Source of the DNA: Escherichia coli
GTDB lineage: Bacteria; Pseudomonadota; Gammaproteobacteria; Enterobacterales; Enterobacteriaceae
Length of the DNA: 64,000 bases
NCBI RefSeq assembly: GCF_051903065.1
Contig: NZ_CP178438.1
Reading direction: 5' to 3' (one strand)
The notes beneath the pieces are model-generated. The model did no database searches, was not told the DNA's origin, and worked only from the letters and a program-made list of their open reading frames with translations. Below, piece after piece: positions 32,377-52,277 of the stretch. How positions within the stretch are numbered: the first letter of the stretch is position 1; each line of letters starts with the position of its first letter. The position numbers and the translations under genes were made by a program.

Positions 32377-33096
32377 ATGAACACTATCGTATTTGTGGAA
32401 GATGATGCGGAAGTCGGTTCACTGATTGCCGCGTACCTGGCAAAACATGATATGCAGGTTACCGTAGAGCCGCGCGGCGACCAGGCCGAAGAAACCATTT
32501 TGCGAGAAAATCCGGATTTGGTGTTACTCGACATCATGCTACCAGGCAAGGACGGCATGACCATTTGTCGTGATTTACGCGCAAAGTGGTCCGGACCGAT
32601 TGTTCTTCTAACCTCTCTCGATAGCGATATGAACCACATCCTGGCACTGGAAATGGGTGCCTGCGACTATATTCTCAAAACGACGCCCCCTGCTGTTTTG
32701 TTAGCGCGTTTACGTTTGCATTTGCGTCAGAATGAGCAAGCCACGCTGACCAAAGGTCTTCAGGAAACGTCACTGACTCCCTACAAAGCCCTGCATTTCG
32801 GCACGTTGACCATCGATCCTATCAACCGCGTAGTCACCCTGGCTAACACTGAAATCTCGCTCTCGACAGCTGATTTCGAATTATTGTGGGAATTAGCTAC
32901 CCATGCCGGGCAAATCATGGACCGCGATGCATTGCTGAAAAATTTACGCGGCGTCAGTTATGACGGCCTGGATCGTAGCGTGGACGTGGCTATTTCGCGG
33001 TTAAGAAAAAAACTGCTCGATAACGCCGCTGAACCTTATCGCATTAAAACTGTGCGTAACAAAGGCTATCTTTTTGCGCCTCATGCATGGGAATAA
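32377..33096 (+). CDS. rstA: OmpR-family response regulator
   Basis: Start at MNTIVFVEDDAEVGSL…; receiver domain (LLDIMLPGKDG) plus winged-helix domain. The track ORF is 5'-extended. Confidence 0.9.
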   Translation: MNTIVFVEDDAEVGSLIAAYLAKHDMQVTVEPRGDQAEETILRENPDLVLLDIMLPGKDGMTICRDLRAKWSGPIVLLTSLDSDMNHILALEMGACDYILKTTPPAVLLARLRLHLRQNEQATLTKGLQETSLTPYKALHFGTLTIDPINRVVTLANTEISLSTADFELLWELATHAGQIMDRDALLKNLRGVSYDGLDRSVDVAISRLRKKLLDNAAEPYRIKTVRNKGYLFAPHAWE

Positions 33097-33099
33097 GCG

Positions 33100-34401
33100 A
33101 TGAAAAAACTGTTTATCCAGTTTTACCTGTTATTGTTTGTCTGCTTCCTTGTGATGTCTCTGCTGGTTGGGTTGGTGTACAAATTTACCGCCGAACGCGC
33201 GGGCAAACAGTCGCTGGATGATTTGATGAACAGTTCGCTGTATCTGATGCGCAGCGAATTGCGTGAGATCCCCCCACATGACTGGGGTAAGACGCTGAAA
33301 GAGATGGATTTAAATCTCTCTTTCGATCTGCGAGTCGAGCCACTGAGTAAATACCATCTTGATGATATTTCCATGCACCGGCTGCGTGGCGGCGAAATTG
33401 TCGCCCTGGACGATCAGTACACGTTTTTGCAACGTATCCCGCGCAGCCACTACGTGCTGGCAGTTGGTCCTGTTCCTTATCTTTATTATCTCCATCAGAT
33501 GCGATTGCTGGATATCGCCCTGATCGCTTTTATTGCTATTTCCCTCGCCTTTCCGGTGTTTATCTGGATGCGTCCGCACTGGCAGGATATGTTAAAACTG
33601 GAAGCAGCGGCGCAACGATTTGGCGATGGGCATCTCAATGAACGTATCCACTTTGATGAGGGTTCGAGCTTTGAACGACTTGGTATCGCATTTAACCAGA
33701 TGGCGGACAATATCAACGCCTTGATTGCCAGCAAAAAACAGCTTATTGACGGTATCGCTCACGAACTGCGAACACCGTTAGTGCGCCTGCGTTATCGACT
33801 GGAGATGAGCGATAACCTGAGCGCCGCCGAATCCCAGGCGTTGAATCGTGATATCAGTCAACTTGAAGCTTTAATTGAAGAGCTGCTGACTTATGCCCGA
33901 CTCGATCGCCCACAAAACGAGCTTCATCTTAGCGAACCAGACCTGCCGTTGTGGCTGTCAACGCATCTGGCAGATATTCAGGCAGTAACGCCCGATAAAA
34001 CGGTACGGATAAAAACGCTCATGCAAGGCCATTATGCGGCGTTGGATATGCGCTTAATGGAGCGCGTGCTGGATAATTTGCTCAATAACGCCCTGCGCTA
34101 CTGCCATTCAACGGTTGAAACCAGCCTGCTACTGTCGGGGAATAGAGCGACATTAATTGTTGAGGATGATGGCCCAGGGATTGCCCCAGAAAACCGCGAA
34201 CATATCTTTGAACCTTTTGTTCGCCTCGATCCCAGCCGGGATCGCTCAACCGGCGGCTGCGGGCTGGGGCTGGCAATTGTCCACTCTATAGCACTGGCAA
34301 TGGGCGGTACGGTTAATTGTGACACCAGCGAACTGGGTGGTGCCCGCTTCTCGTTTAGCTGGCCGTTATGGCATAACATCCCGCAATTTACCTCTGCTTG
34401 A
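33100..34401 (+). CDS. rstB: sensor histidine kinase
   Basis: 433 aa; HAMP plus H-box (HELRTPL) plus ATPase domain. Confidence 0.9.
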   Translation: MKKLFIQFYLLLFVCFLVMSLLVGLVYKFTAERAGKQSLDDLMNSSLYLMRSELREIPPHDWGKTLKEMDLNLSFDLRVEPLSKYHLDDISMHRLRGGEIVALDDQYTFLQRIPRSHYVLAVGPVPYLYYLHQMRLLDIALIAFIAISLAFPVFIWMRPHWQDMLKLEAAAQRFGDGHLNERIHFDEGSSFERLGIAFNQMADNINALIASKKQLIDGIAHELRTPLVRLRYRLEMSDNLSAAESQALNRDISQLEALIEELLTYARLDRPQNELHLSEPDLPLWLSTHLADIQAVTPDKTVRIKTLMQGHYAALDMRLMERVLDNLLNNALRYCHSTVETSLLLSGNRATLIVEDDGPGIAPENREHIFEPFVRLDPSRDRSTGGCGLGLAIVHSIALAMGGTVNCDTSELGGARFSFSWPLWHNIPQFTSA

Positions 34402-34443
34402 CACTACGCGCACGGTGGTCAAGTCACCACCACTGTGCTATAA

Positions 34444-36806
<2,363 letters not shown>

Positions 36807-36918
36807 GGCCTGCTCCTCACCTGATTAATTTTTTCTTTCTGTTTTGCTTTCGTTAAGTAACTTTTAGCTCACTCATTATTTACTATTTGATAACAAATGT
36901 TTGGTCTTTCGTGCCATG

Positions 36919-36943
36919 TAAAAAAACCGCCCCGAAGGGCGGC
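36919..36943 (-). terminator. intrinsic terminator downstream of fumA
   Basis: Minus strand reads gccgcccttcggggcggttttttt, a GC stem with GNRA-like loop and a T7 tract. Confidence 0.75.
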
Positions 36944-36948
36944 TCTGT

Positions 36949-38595
36949 TTATTTCACACAGCGGGTGCATTGTGTGAGTTGTATCTGCTGGAAGAAGTCA
37001 TTTCCTTTATCATCCACAAGGATAAACGCCGGGAAATCTTCCACTTCAATTTTCCAGATGGCTTCCATTCCCAGTTCCGGATATTCAACACATTCCAAGC
37101 TCTTAATACTTCCCTGCGCCAATACAGCGGCCGGACCACCGATACTGCCAAGGTAGAAGCCACCGTGTTTTTTACAGGCATCCGTCACCTGCTGGCTGCG
37201 GTTGCCTTTCGCCAGCATGATCATACTTCCGCCCTGCGCTTGCAGTTGATCGACATAAGAATCCATCCGTCCGGCGGTCGTTGGGCCAAGAGAACCGGAG
37301 GCATAACCTTCCGGCGTTTTGGCCGGACCCGCGTAGTAAATCGGATGATCTTTGATGTACTGCGGCAGCCCTTCACCGTTATCCATCCGCTCTTTCAGTT
37401 TGGCGTGAGCAATATCACGACCGACGATAATCGTGCCGTTAAGCGATAAGCGTGTAGAAACGGGATACTGCGACAACTGTGCGAGGATCTCTTTCATCGG
37501 ACGGTTAAGGTCAACGCGCACCGCTTCGCCTTCTCCCGCTTTGCGCAGCTCTTCCGGGATATATTTGCCTGGATTATGTTCCAGTTTTTCGATCCAGATC
37601 CCCTGACGGTTGATCTTCGCTTTGATATTACGGTCAGCAGAACAGGAGACGCCCATACCGACCGGGCAGGATGCGCCGTGACGTGGCAGGCGAATCACGC
37701 GGATGTCGTGAGCGAAGTATTTACCACCAAACTGCGCACCCAGACCAAGATTTTGCGCTTCGATCAGCAATTCTTTTTCCAGTTCCACATCGCGGAACGC
37801 CTGACCGTGCTCATTCCCTTCCGTTGGCAGTTCATCATAGTATTTCGCGGAAGCCAGTTTCACCGTTTTAAGGTTCGTTTCTGCAGAAGTTCCACCAATA
37901 ACGAACGCAATATGATACGGAGGACAGGCCGCCGTACCCAGCGTGCGCATCTTCTCAACCAGGTAATTTTTCAGTTTCCCCGGCGTCAGTAACGCTTTGG
38001 TTTCCTGATAGAGATACGTCTTGTTTGCCGAACCACCACCTTTGGCGATACAGAGGAATTTGTATTCGTCGCCATCAACGGCATAAAGATCGATCTGCGC
38101 TGGCAGATTGGTGCCGGTATTCACTTCTTTATACATATCCAGCGGCGCGTTTTGCGAGTAGCGCAGATTATCTTCGATAAAAGTGTTATAGACACCGCGC
38201 GCCAGCGCCGCTTCATCACCACCACCGGTCCATACACGCTGCCCTTTTTTACCAACAATAATCGCGGTGCCGGTATCCTGACAGGTTGGCAGAACGCCTT
38301 TCGCCGCGATGTCGGAGTTACGCAGGAATTGCAGCGCCACATATTTATCATTTTCGCTGGCCTCCGGGTCACGCAGAATGTCGGCCACCTGTTGTTGGTG
38401 CGCCGGACGCAGCATGAACGACGCATCATGAAACGCCTGGCGCGCCAACAGAGTTAACGCTTCGGGTGCGACTTTCAAAATCTCCTGCCCTTCAAATTCA
38501 GATACGCTAACGTGTTCGCTGGTTAGCAGGTAATACTCAGTATCATCTTTTTTGAGTGGAAAAGGAGCCTGATAATGAAAGGGTTTGTTTGACAT
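36949..38595 (-). CDS. fumA: class I (Fe-S) fumarate hydratase, aerobic
   Basis: 548 aa, [24 protein letters not shown]…. Confidence 0.95.
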   Translation of the reverse strand: MSNKPFHYQAPFPLKKDDTEYYLLTSEHVSVSEFEGQEILKVAPEALTLLARQAFHDASFMLRPAHQQQVADILRDPEASENDKYVALQFLRNSDIAAKGVLPTCQDTGTAIIVGKKGQRVWTGGGDEAALARGVYNTFIEDNLRYSQNAPLDMYKEVNTGTNLPAQIDLYAVDGDEYKFLCIAKGGGSANKTYLYQETKALLTPGKLKNYLVEKMRTLGTAACPPYHIAFVIGGTSAETNLKTVKLASAKYYDELPTEGNEHGQAFRDVELEKELLIEAQNLGLGAQFGGKYFAHDIRVIRLPRHGASCPVGMGVSCSADRNIKAKINRQGIWIEKLEHNPGKYIPEELRKAGEGEAVRVDLNRPMKEILAQLSQYPVSTRLSLNGTIIVGRDIAHAKLKERMDNGEGLPQYIKDHPIYYAGPAKTPEGYASGSLGPTTAGRMDSYVDQLQAQGGSMIMLAKGNRSQQVTDACKKHGGFYLGSIGGPAAVLAQGSIKSLECVEYPELGMEAIWKIEVEDFPAFILVDDKGNDFFQQIQLTQCTRCVK

Positions 38596-38793
38596 TGTTC
38601 TCTCACTTACTGCCTGGTTTGGTTATGCTCTGGGCGGGTGTTCCGTTGCCCTGTTAAAAGCGAGTAACAATATCCTACACACTTTTTTAACAAAAACTGA
38701 GACTAGTACGACTTTTTGCGGCTCCAGGTTACTTCCCGTAGGATTCTTGCTTTAATAGCGGGATTAATTTCCACATTAAAACAGGGATTGATC

Positions 38794-39969
38794 ATGCAAA
38801 AACTCATTAACTCAGTGCAAAACTATGCCTGGGGCAGCAAAACGGCGTTGACTGAACTTTATGGTATGGAAAATCCGTCCAGCCAGCCGATGGCCGAGCT
38901 GTGGATGGGCGCACATCCGAAAAGCAGTTCACGAGTGCAGAATGCCGCCGGAGATATCGTTTCACTGCGTGATGTGATTGAGAGTGATAAATCGACTCTG
39001 CTCGGAGAGGCCGTTGCCAAACGCTTTGGCGAACTGCCTTTCCTGTTCAAAGTATTATGCGCAGCACAGCCACTCTCCATTCAGGTTCATCCAAACAAAC
39101 ACAATTCTGAAATCGGTTTTGCCAAAGAAAATGCCGCAGGTATCCCGATGGATGCCGCCGAGCGTAACTATAAAGATCCTAACCACAAGCCGGAGCTGGT
39201 TTTTGCGCTGACGCCTTTCCTTGCGATGAACGCGTTTCGTGAATTTTCCGAGATTGTCTCCCTACTCCAGCCGGTCGCAGGTGCACATCCGGCGATTGCT
39301 CACTTTTTACAACAGCCTGATGCCGAACGTTTAAGCGAACTGTTCGCCAGCCTGTTGAATATGCAGGGTGAAGAAAAATCCCGCGCGCTGGCGATTTTAA
39401 AATCGGCGCTCGACAGTCAGCAGGGTGAACCGTGGCAAACGATTCGTTTAATTTCTGAATTTTACCCGGATGACAGCGGCCTGTTCTCTCCGCTGTTGCT
39501 GAATGTGGTGAAATTGAATCCTGGCGAAGCGATGTTCCTGTTCGCTGAAACACCGCACGCTTACCTGCAAGGCGTGGCGCTGGAAGTGATGGCAAACTCC
39601 GATAACGTGCTGCGTGCGGGTCTGACGCCTAAATACATTGATATTCCGGAACTGGTTGCCAATGTGAAGTTCGAAGCCAAACCGGCTAACCAGTTGTTGA
39701 CCCAGCCGGTGAAACAAGGTGCAGAACTGGACTTCCCGATTCCTGTTGATGATTTTGCCTTCTCGCTGCATGACCTTAGTGATAAAGAAACCACCATTAG
39801 CCAGCAGAGTGCCGCCATTTTGTTCTGTGTCGAAGGCGATGCAACGCTGTGTAAAGGTTCTCAGCAGTTACAGCTTAAACCGGGTGAATCAGCGTTTATT
39901 GCCGCCAACGAATCACCGGTGACTGTTAAAGGCCACGGCCGTTTAGCGCGTGTTTACAACAAGCTGTAA
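38794..39969 (+). CDS. manA: mannose-6-phosphate isomerase, type I
   Basis: Start at MQKLINSVQNYAWGSKTALTELYG; 391 aa. Confidence 0.95.
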   Translation: MQKLINSVQNYAWGSKTALTELYGMENPSSQPMAELWMGAHPKSSSRVQNAAGDIVSLRDVIESDKSTLLGEAVAKRFGELPFLFKVLCAAQPLSIQVHPNKHNSEIGFAKENAAGIPMDAAERNYKDPNHKPELVFALTPFLAMNAFREFSEIVSLLQPVAGAHPAIAHFLQQPDAERLSELFASLLNMQGEEKSRALAILKSALDSQQGEPWQTIRLISEFYPDDSGLFSPLLLNVVKLNPGEAMFLFAETPHAYLQGVALEVMANSDNVLRAGLTPKYIDIPELVANVKFEAKPANQLLTQPVKQGAELDFPIPVDDFAFSLHDLSDKETTISQQSAAILFCVEGDATLCKGSQQLQLKPGESAFIAANESPVTVKGHGRLARVYNKL

Positions 39970-40069
39970 GAGTTTACTGAAAAAATTAACATCTCTTGCT
40001 AAGCTTATTAAAGGCTTATAACACCTTCAGGCGGCCAGTCCGCCTGATTTCATTTTATGGATAATCATT

Positions 40070-41578
40070 ATGAATAAATCGCTGGTAGCGGTAGGCGTCA
40101 TTGTTGCGCTAGGCGTAGTCTGGACAGGCGGCGCATGGTATACAGGCAAGAAGATTGAAACCCATCTCGAAGAGATGGTCGCGCAGGCGAACGCGCAACT
40201 CAAACTGACCGCTCCTGAATCCAACCTGGAAGTGAGTTATCAAAACTATCATCGCGGCGTATTCAGCAGCCAGTTGCAACTGTTGGTGAAACCCATTGCC
40301 GGGAAAGAAAATCCGTGGATTAAAAGCGGTCAGAGCGTCATCTTCAACGAATCGGTTGATCATGGTCCCTTCCCCCTTGCCCAGCTTAAAAAACTGAACC
40401 TGATCCCATCGATGGCATCAATTCAAACCACGCTGGTCAATAACGAAGTAAGCAAACCACTGTTTGATATGGCAAAAGGTGAAACGCCTTTTGAGATTAA
40501 CTCCCGCATTGGTTACAGCGGTGATTCCAGTTCCGATATTTCGCTCAATCCGCTGAATTACGAGCAAAAGGATGAAAAAGTCGCCTTTAGCGGCGGCGAG
40601 TTCCAGTTAAATGCGGACAGAGACGGCAAAGCTATCTCCCTTTCCGGGGAGGCGCAAAGTGGTCGGATAGACGCAGTTAACGAATACAACCAGAAAGTGC
40701 AGTTGACCTTTAATAATCTGAAAACCGACGGTTCCAGCACGCTGGCAAGTTTTGGTGAGCGCGTAGGAAACCAAAAACTGTCACTGGAAAAAATGACCAT
40801 TTCAGTGGAAGGCAAAGAACTGGCACTGCTGGAAGGCATGGAGATCAGCGGTAAATCGGATCTGGTCAATGACGGTAAAACGATCAATAGCCAACTGGAT
40901 TACTCGCTAAACAGCCTGAAGGTACAGAATCAGGATCTGGGCAGCGGCAAGCTGACTTTAAAAGTCGGCCAAATTGATGGCGAAGCCTGGCATCAGTTTA
41001 GCCAGCAATATAACGCGCAAACTCAGGCGCTGCTGGCACAGCCAGAAATTGCCAACAATCCCGAACTTTATCAGGAGAAAGTGACGGAAGCCTTCTTTAG
41101 CGCCCTGCCGCTGATGTTGAAAGGCGATCCGGTGATTACTATCGCGCCACTAAGCTGGAAAAACAGTCAGGGTGAAAGTGCGCTGAATCTGTCGCTGTTC
41201 CTGAAAGATCCGGCAACGACTAAAGAAGCGCCGCAAACGCTGGCGCAGGAAGTAGATCGTTCGGTTAAATCTCTGGATGCGAAACTGACCATTCCGGTGG
41301 ATATGGCAACTGAGTTGATGACTCAGGTAGCGAAGCTGGAAGGTTATCAGGAAGATCAAGCGAAAAAACTGGCGAAACAGCAAGTTGAAGGTGCATCAGC
41401 AATGGGGCAGATGTTCCGTCTGACCACCTTGCAGGACAATACCATCACCACCAGCCTGCAATATGCTAACGGTCAGATAACGTTAAATGGGCAGAAAATG
41501 CCACTGGAAGATTTCGTTGGTATGTTTGCAATGCCGGCATTAAACGTTCCGGTCGTACCCGCTATTCCGCAGCAGTAA
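40070..41578 (+). CDS. ydgA: DUF945-family protein with N-terminal membrane anchor or signal
   Basis: 502 aa, MNKSLVAVGVIVALGVVWTGGAWYTGKK…. Confidence 0.85.
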   Translation: MNKSLVAVGVIVALGVVWTGGAWYTGKKIETHLEEMVAQANAQLKLTAPESNLEVSYQNYHRGVFSSQLQLLVKPIAGKENPWIKSGQSVIFNESVDHGPFPLAQLKKLNLIPSMASIQTTLVNNEVSKPLFDMAKGETPFEINSRIGYSGDSSSDISLNPLNYEQKDEKVAFSGGEFQLNADRDGKAISLSGEAQSGRIDAVNEYNQKVQLTFNNLKTDGSSTLASFGERVGNQKLSLEKMTISVEGKELALLEGMEISGKSDLVNDGKTINSQLDYSLNSLKVQNQDLGSGKLTLKVGQIDGEAWHQFSQQYNAQTQALLAQPEIANNPELYQEKVTEAFFSALPLMLKGDPVITIAPLSWKNSQGESALNLSLFLKDPATTKEAPQTLAQEVDRSVKSLDAKLTIPVDMATELMTQVAKLEGYQEDQAKKLAKQQVEGASAMGQMFRLTTLQDNTITTSLQYANGQITLNGQKMPLEDFVGMFAMPALNVPVVPAIPQQ

Positions 41579-41587
41579 TTCACAGCC

Positions 41588-41625
41588 AAAACGCCGGAGG
41601 TTTTTCTCTCCGGCGTTATTTCTTA
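41588..41625. terminator. bidirectional terminator between convergent ydgA and uidC
   Basis: aaacgccggag-gtttttctct-ccggcgtt with T-runs on both sides. Confidence 0.6.
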
Positions 41626-42888
41626 CTTCAGCATAAAGTCATACTGAATACTCATTTTCACATCCCAGTAATTCAGGCGATCGCCCAGCGTACTGCCATC
41701 GCGCTTTTCCCGCCCTTTATCGGCAGCAAGAAAGAAATTCATCCCCTGTAACGGCCCTTCGCTGACCCGATAGTTCATACCACCTAAGATACCCGCGCCT
41801 TCAATCCGCACATCTCGTTTACTGGATTCATAGCCGCGAGTCACAATCGGTGCAAATGTCAGCGTAAATTGCGGGGTTAAACGATAGTTGACGCCCAATT
41901 GCCAGGACTGCATTCCTTCACGGTTACGATCAAGACTTAATGAAAAGGGATAGCCAATGTCGGTATCCACCACGGCACCATTCATTGCATGGCGCAAATA
42001 ACCACCACTGCCAAATACGCTTCCCCACGGCGCATTCCAGGTCAATTGTCCACTGACCAACGCCGTTTCATTGGGCTGGCTGGTATTACGACTTAAACCT
42101 TCGAGCTGCGCGTAAAAGCCTAGCAACTCCCCTTTCAACGTATAATTCGGGTCGAGAGGTATGCTTTTCTCGAGAATACTTTGTATCTGATTGGAAACAT
42201 CTTTCTGTACCGATGCCCCCAGAGAATAGCGACTGGTATCATCATGCCAACTGGCGGCTAAAAAAGAACGTGCGCGATGTTTATCGTATTTTCCCGTCTG
42301 GCTGTTATACACCCCTTCATCACGAATACCGGTTGTTGAATCAGTCCATAAAAATACTCGTGAACGCCACATTCCCCACAGATCAATATTTGGCGTTAAA
42401 GCCCAATAACCTAATGCTCCTTCAGAAACTGTCGGTAATGTACGTTGCGAACTGCCAGCCATTAACGGAATACGATAAGGTAAGCTACCATAACTATAAT
42501 CCGTCCCGAAGCGACCTAATTTAAGCAGGCTATTTTCACTGGGTTTTATTTTTACTGCCCCGAAGGCAAAGCCAAAACTTTTATCACCATCAAGATACCA
42601 CCGGGTACTCATATCAGCACGAGCACCTAATTTATAAACATAATACGCTCCGCCTTCAACGCCAATAATATTGGAATAATAACCACTATTGAAATCGAGC
42701 AATCCTCCCTGTACCCATGCGTAAATATCTCTTCCCGCGCCAGCACTGGGCTTATCAGCCCTGCGCAATTCGTTTTTCAGTCTGATGCGTAGTCCCGCTT
42801 CATCGTCAGCCAGTTGCGCCGCGTAAGCAGAGGTAAGGCCAGAGGCAGCCGTCAGGCAAATAACCGCCATGGCCACTATTTTTCTCAT
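41623..42888 (-). CDS. uidC: outer-membrane porin for glucuronides
   Basis: 421 aa; signal peptide; beta-barrel-like with a C-terminal aromatic residue. Confidence 0.9.
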   Translation of the reverse strand: MRKIVAMAVICLTAASGLTSAYAAQLADDEAGLRIRLKNELRRADKPSAGAGRDIYAWVQGGLLDFNSGYYSNIIGVEGGAYYVYKLGARADMSTRWYLDGDKSFGFAFGAVKIKPSENSLLKLGRFGTDYSYGSLPYRIPLMAGSSQRTLPTVSEGALGYWALTPNIDLWGMWRSRVFLWTDSTTGIRDEGVYNSQTGKYDKHRARSFLAASWHDDTSRYSLGASVQKDVSNQIQSILEKSIPLDPNYTLKGELLGFYAQLEGLSRNTSQPNETALVSGQLTWNAPWGSVFGSGGYLRHAMNGAVVDTDIGYPFSLSLDRNREGMQSWQLGVNYRLTPQFTLTFAPIVTRGYESSKRDVRIEGAGILGGMNYRVSEGPLQGMNFFLAADKGREKRDGSTLGDRLNYWDVKMSIQYDFMLK

Positions 42889-42926
42889 AGTTGCACCTTT
42901 GATGTTCTGATTATTTTTATTGAATA

Positions 42927-46169
<3,243 letters not shown>

Positions 46170-46498
46170 CTGTGTTGCACACAGTTATCTGTGAGAAACC
46201 CATGGAAGAGAAATGGAAATAAAAAGAACTGACACCGCGATCAAAAAACCAAAAACTGCAATACCCACAGCGTGATATAGATCGCATTAATCTTTAAAAC
46301 GGCGTTGACAGAAGCCACAAAATAAGCAACCGAACGTTCGTTCGAGCATATTGGGAACGATAAACTCTCATGACATATGGCTACAGTGAATATTTTAGGG
46401 AGGAATTCCCCGCTCCGGCGAGATTGTATTTTGTACAGGGAAATTAAAGTATGAAACGCGGGCTCAGTTGTCACCAGCCCGCGGAAAGAGAGAGAGAA

Positions 46499-47089
46499 TC
46501 AGGATGCGGTTAAGATACCGCCAATCATCGCGCGTAATCCCTGAGCAAACGACACTTCACGCGCCAGGTCTTCCGCTTCGATATCGGCCAGTACACCGTA
46601 GGTCAGATCCAGCAGTAAACGTGAAGTCATTGCCGTGTTGATGTCTGGGCTTATCTCGCCTTTTTGCTGGGCATCACGCATCCGCTGAGCAACAAATTCA
46701 GTGATCGTCATATGCTTATTTTTAAGCATGGCGGCGACCTGTGGGTTACGCATCCCTTCCGCCATAATTTCGACCACCAGCGCCCGTTGCCCAAAGGCTT
46801 CATGGGTGAGAGAGACAATAGACTCGACCATATAGTCAACAAAATGAATCCCTTCAATCGGTTCCCGGAAACGGGCCAGCGCCCTCTCCTGGTCCTGTAA
46901 GATAATCGCCTGAATCAAGGCTTCTTTGGAGATGAAATGGTGATAGAGCGTCCCGGGACTAATGGCGCAAGATTTACAGATGGCTTTCATCGAGGCACTG
47001 TGAAATCCATTTTCTGAAAAAATCTCTCTGGCAGCATTGAGGATCCGGGTCCGTGTCGGTTGTGCTTCAGTCTGCATGTTATCCATCAT
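46499..47089 (-). CDS. uidR: TetR-family repressor of the uid (gus) operon
   Basis: 196 aa with N-terminal TetR HTH. Confidence 0.9.
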   Translation of the reverse strand: MMDNMQTEAQPTRTRILNAAREIFSENGFHSASMKAICKSCAISPGTLYHHFISKEALIQAIILQDQERALARFREPIEGIHFVDYMVESIVSLTHEAFGQRALVVEIMAEGMRNPQVAAMLKNKHMTITEFVAQRMRDAQQKGEISPDINTAMTSRLLLDLTYGVLADIEAEDLAREVSFAQGLRAMIGGILTAS

Positions 47090-47202
47090 TAAACCATTAT
47101 AGTTAGCGTGAATAACTAGTTTACCGCGTTGTCAGGTGAGCGCCTATCATTGCTGTTGAATAGTGCGAAGGCACACTCTATTCGTTTACTTTTCATCCAG
47201 TA

Positions 47203-47216
47203 ATTGGTTAACCAAT
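47203..47216. promoter_or_regulatory. perfect 14-bp palindrome ATTGGTTAACCAAT upstream of uidR (candidate autoregulatory operator)
   Basis: attggttaaccaat, about 115 bp upstream of the uidR start. Confidence 0.35.
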
Positions 47217-47317
47217 AGCCGTGATTTGGCTGCCAGTTGTTTAGCAGAGACGTTGATGAATTGCACACGCTATCCCGGTAAACAACACATACGGCTGTTT
47301 ACCGGTTCGTTAGTGTA

Positions 47318-48085
47318 TTAATTGAGCTCCTGTACCCCACCACCGGAGACGGTGAGAATTTGTCCGCTTACCCAGCTGGCTGCAGGCGAGCAAAGGAACA
47401 GAGCTGCGTTAGCAATATCTTGCGGTTGGCCCAGACGTCTGATCGGCGTGTGCTGTAACATTTTTTGTTCAATTTCTGGTGTAATAACGGATTTCAGGGC
47501 ATCGGTTAATATTGCCCCCGGCGCAATGCCATTTACCCGAATATTTTTTTCACCCAGGTCAAACGCCATATTTCTGACCAGATGACTGGCCGCAGCTTTA
47601 GATGATGCATAGGAAGTCATGTTTATATTTTTATTTTCTGCCGCCATAGAAGTGATGGTCAGAATAACGCCACCGCCATTTTTTTCCATTTCTGGCGCAA
47701 CAAGTTGTGACAGATGGAAAAAAGAAAACACATTCAGTTCATAAGCACGGCGAAAATCCGCCATTGGCATATCAAACGGTTTAGGTCCACCGCCACCGGC
47801 GTTGTTAACCAGAATATCAACTTTACCCAGCTTACTGATAGCAAAGTCTGCCAGTGCAGAGAGTTCCTGTTCGGAAGTAATATCACAACGGCAGGCAAAT
47901 GCCTGACCACCCAGTTGTTGAATTTCGTCTACAACATGGTTAGCTGCGTCGGCGTTAATATCACTGACCACCACAGATGCGCCAGCTGTCGCGAATGTAA
48001 TGGCGATTTCTTTACCAATACCTGCACCCGCACCTGTGATGATGGCGCATTTTCCGTCGAGTCTCAGGTTGTCAGAATTAAACAC
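47318..48085 (-). CDS. hdhA: 7-alpha-hydroxysteroid dehydrogenase (SDR family)
   Basis: 255 aa with TGAGAGIGKE and the catalytic YASSKAA motif. Confidence 0.95.
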   Translation of the reverse strand: MFNSDNLRLDGKCAIITGAGAGIGKEIAITFATAGASVVVSDINADAANHVVDEIQQLGGQAFACRCDITSEQELSALADFAISKLGKVDILVNNAGGGGPKPFDMPMADFRRAYELNVFSFFHLSQLVAPEMEKNGGGVILTITSMAAENKNINMTSYASSKAAASHLVRNMAFDLGEKNIRVNGIAPGAILTDALKSVITPEIEQKMLQHTPIRRLGQPQDIANAALFLCSPAASWVSGQILTVSGGGVQELN

Positions 48086-48196
48086 ATAAACCTCCTGTGA
48101 ACTTCAGTAAAAATAAAAGGCACCGCCTGTGTGCCACATTTTTTATCATTAACCTTGAGGAAAGGACACTACCAGGTATAGCAGATAAAGAGAGGA

Positions 48197-49243
<1,047 letters not shown>

Positions 49244-49255
49244 GATTATGTGACA

Positions 49256-50992
<1,737 letters not shown>

Positions 50993-51001
50993 GGATAAGA
51001 T

Positions 51002-52174
51002 ATGTTCGATTTTTCAAAGGTCGTGGATCGTCATGGCACATGGTGTACGCAGTGGGATTATGTCGCTGACCGTTTCGGCACTGCTGACCTGTTACCGTTC
51101 ACGATTTCAGACATGGATTTTGCCACTGCCCCCTGCATTATCGAGGCGCTGAATCAGCGCCTGATGCACGGCGTGTTTGGCTACAGCCGCTGGAAGAACG
51201 ATGAGTTTCTCGCGGCTATTGCCCACTGGTTTTCCACCCAGCATTACACCGCCATCGATCCTCAGTCGGTGGTGTATGGCCCTTCTGTTATCTATATGGT
51301 CTCAGAACTGATTCGTCAGTGGTCTGAAACAGGTGAAGGCGTGGTGATCCACACACCCGCCTATGACGCATTTTACAAGGCCATTGAAGGTAATCAGCGC
51401 ACAGTAATGCCCGTTGCTTTAGAGAAGCAGGCTGACGGCTGGTTTTGCGATATGGGCAAGCTGGAAGCCGTGTTGGCGAAACCAGAATGTAAAATTATGC
51501 TCCTGTGTAGCCCACAGAATCCTACCGGGAAAGTGTGGACGTGCGATGAGCTGGAGATCATGGCTGACCTGTGCGAGCGTCATGGTGTGCGGGTTATTTC
51601 CGATGAAATCCATATGGATATGGTTTGGTGCGAGCAGCCGCATATTCCCTGGAGTAATGTGGCTCGCGGAGACTGGGCGTTGCTAACGTCGGGATCGAAA
51701 AGTTTCAATATTCCCGCCCTGACCGGTGCTTACGGGATTATAGAAAATAGCAATAGCCGCGATGCCTATTTATCGGCACTGAAAGGCCGTGATGGGCTTT
51801 CTTCCCCTTCGGTACTGGCGTTAACTGCTCATATCGCCGCCTATCAGCAAGGCGCGCCATGGCTGGATGCCTTACGCGTCTATCTGAAAGATAACCTGAC
51901 GTATATCGCAGATAAAATGAACGCCGCGTTTCCTGAACTCAAGTGGCAGATCCCGCAATCCACTTATCTGGCCTGGCTTGATTTACGTCCGTTGAATATT
52001 GACGACAACGCGTTGCAAAAAGCACTTATCGAACAAGAAAAAGTCGCGATCATGCCGGGGTATACCTACGGTGAAGAAGGTCGTGGTTTTGTCCGACTCA
52101 ATGCCGGCTGCCCACGTTCGAAACTGGAAAAAGGTGTGGCTGGATTAATTAACGCCATCCGCGCTGTTCGCTAA
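51002..52174 (+). CDS. malY: PLP-dependent C-S lyase (cystathionine beta-lyase activity), MalT-interacting
   Basis: 390 aa; aminotransferase class I/II fold. Confidence 0.9.
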   Translation: MFDFSKVVDRHGTWCTQWDYVADRFGTADLLPFTISDMDFATAPCIIEALNQRLMHGVFGYSRWKNDEFLAAIAHWFSTQHYTAIDPQSVVYGPSVIYMVSELIRQWSETGEGVVIHTPAYDAFYKAIEGNQRTVMPVALEKQADGWFCDMGKLEAVLAKPECKIMLLCSPQNPTGKVWTCDELEIMADLCERHGVRVISDEIHMDMVWCEQPHIPWSNVARGDWALLTSGSKSFNIPALTGAYGIIENSNSRDAYLSALKGRDGLSSPSVLALTAHIAAYQQGAPWLDALRVYLKDNLTYIADKMNAAFPELKWQIPQSTYLAWLDLRPLNIDDNALQKALIEQEKVAIMPGYTYGEEGRGFVRLNAGCPRSKLEKGVAGLINAIRAVR

Positions 52175-52277
52175 CCCCAATTGCGCAACGTAAAAAATCG
52201 TTGCGCAATCGTGGATTTTTACCCTGCTTTGTTTTTATAATGGTGCGCACTTTTATATCCAGAAAAAGAGTGCGACC

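Noticed and set aside
46241-46474. 77-aa minus-strand ORF in the uidR-uidA intergenic region
   Set aside because: AT-rich promoter/operator region; no ribosome-binding site or domain. More likely the uidA regulatory region.
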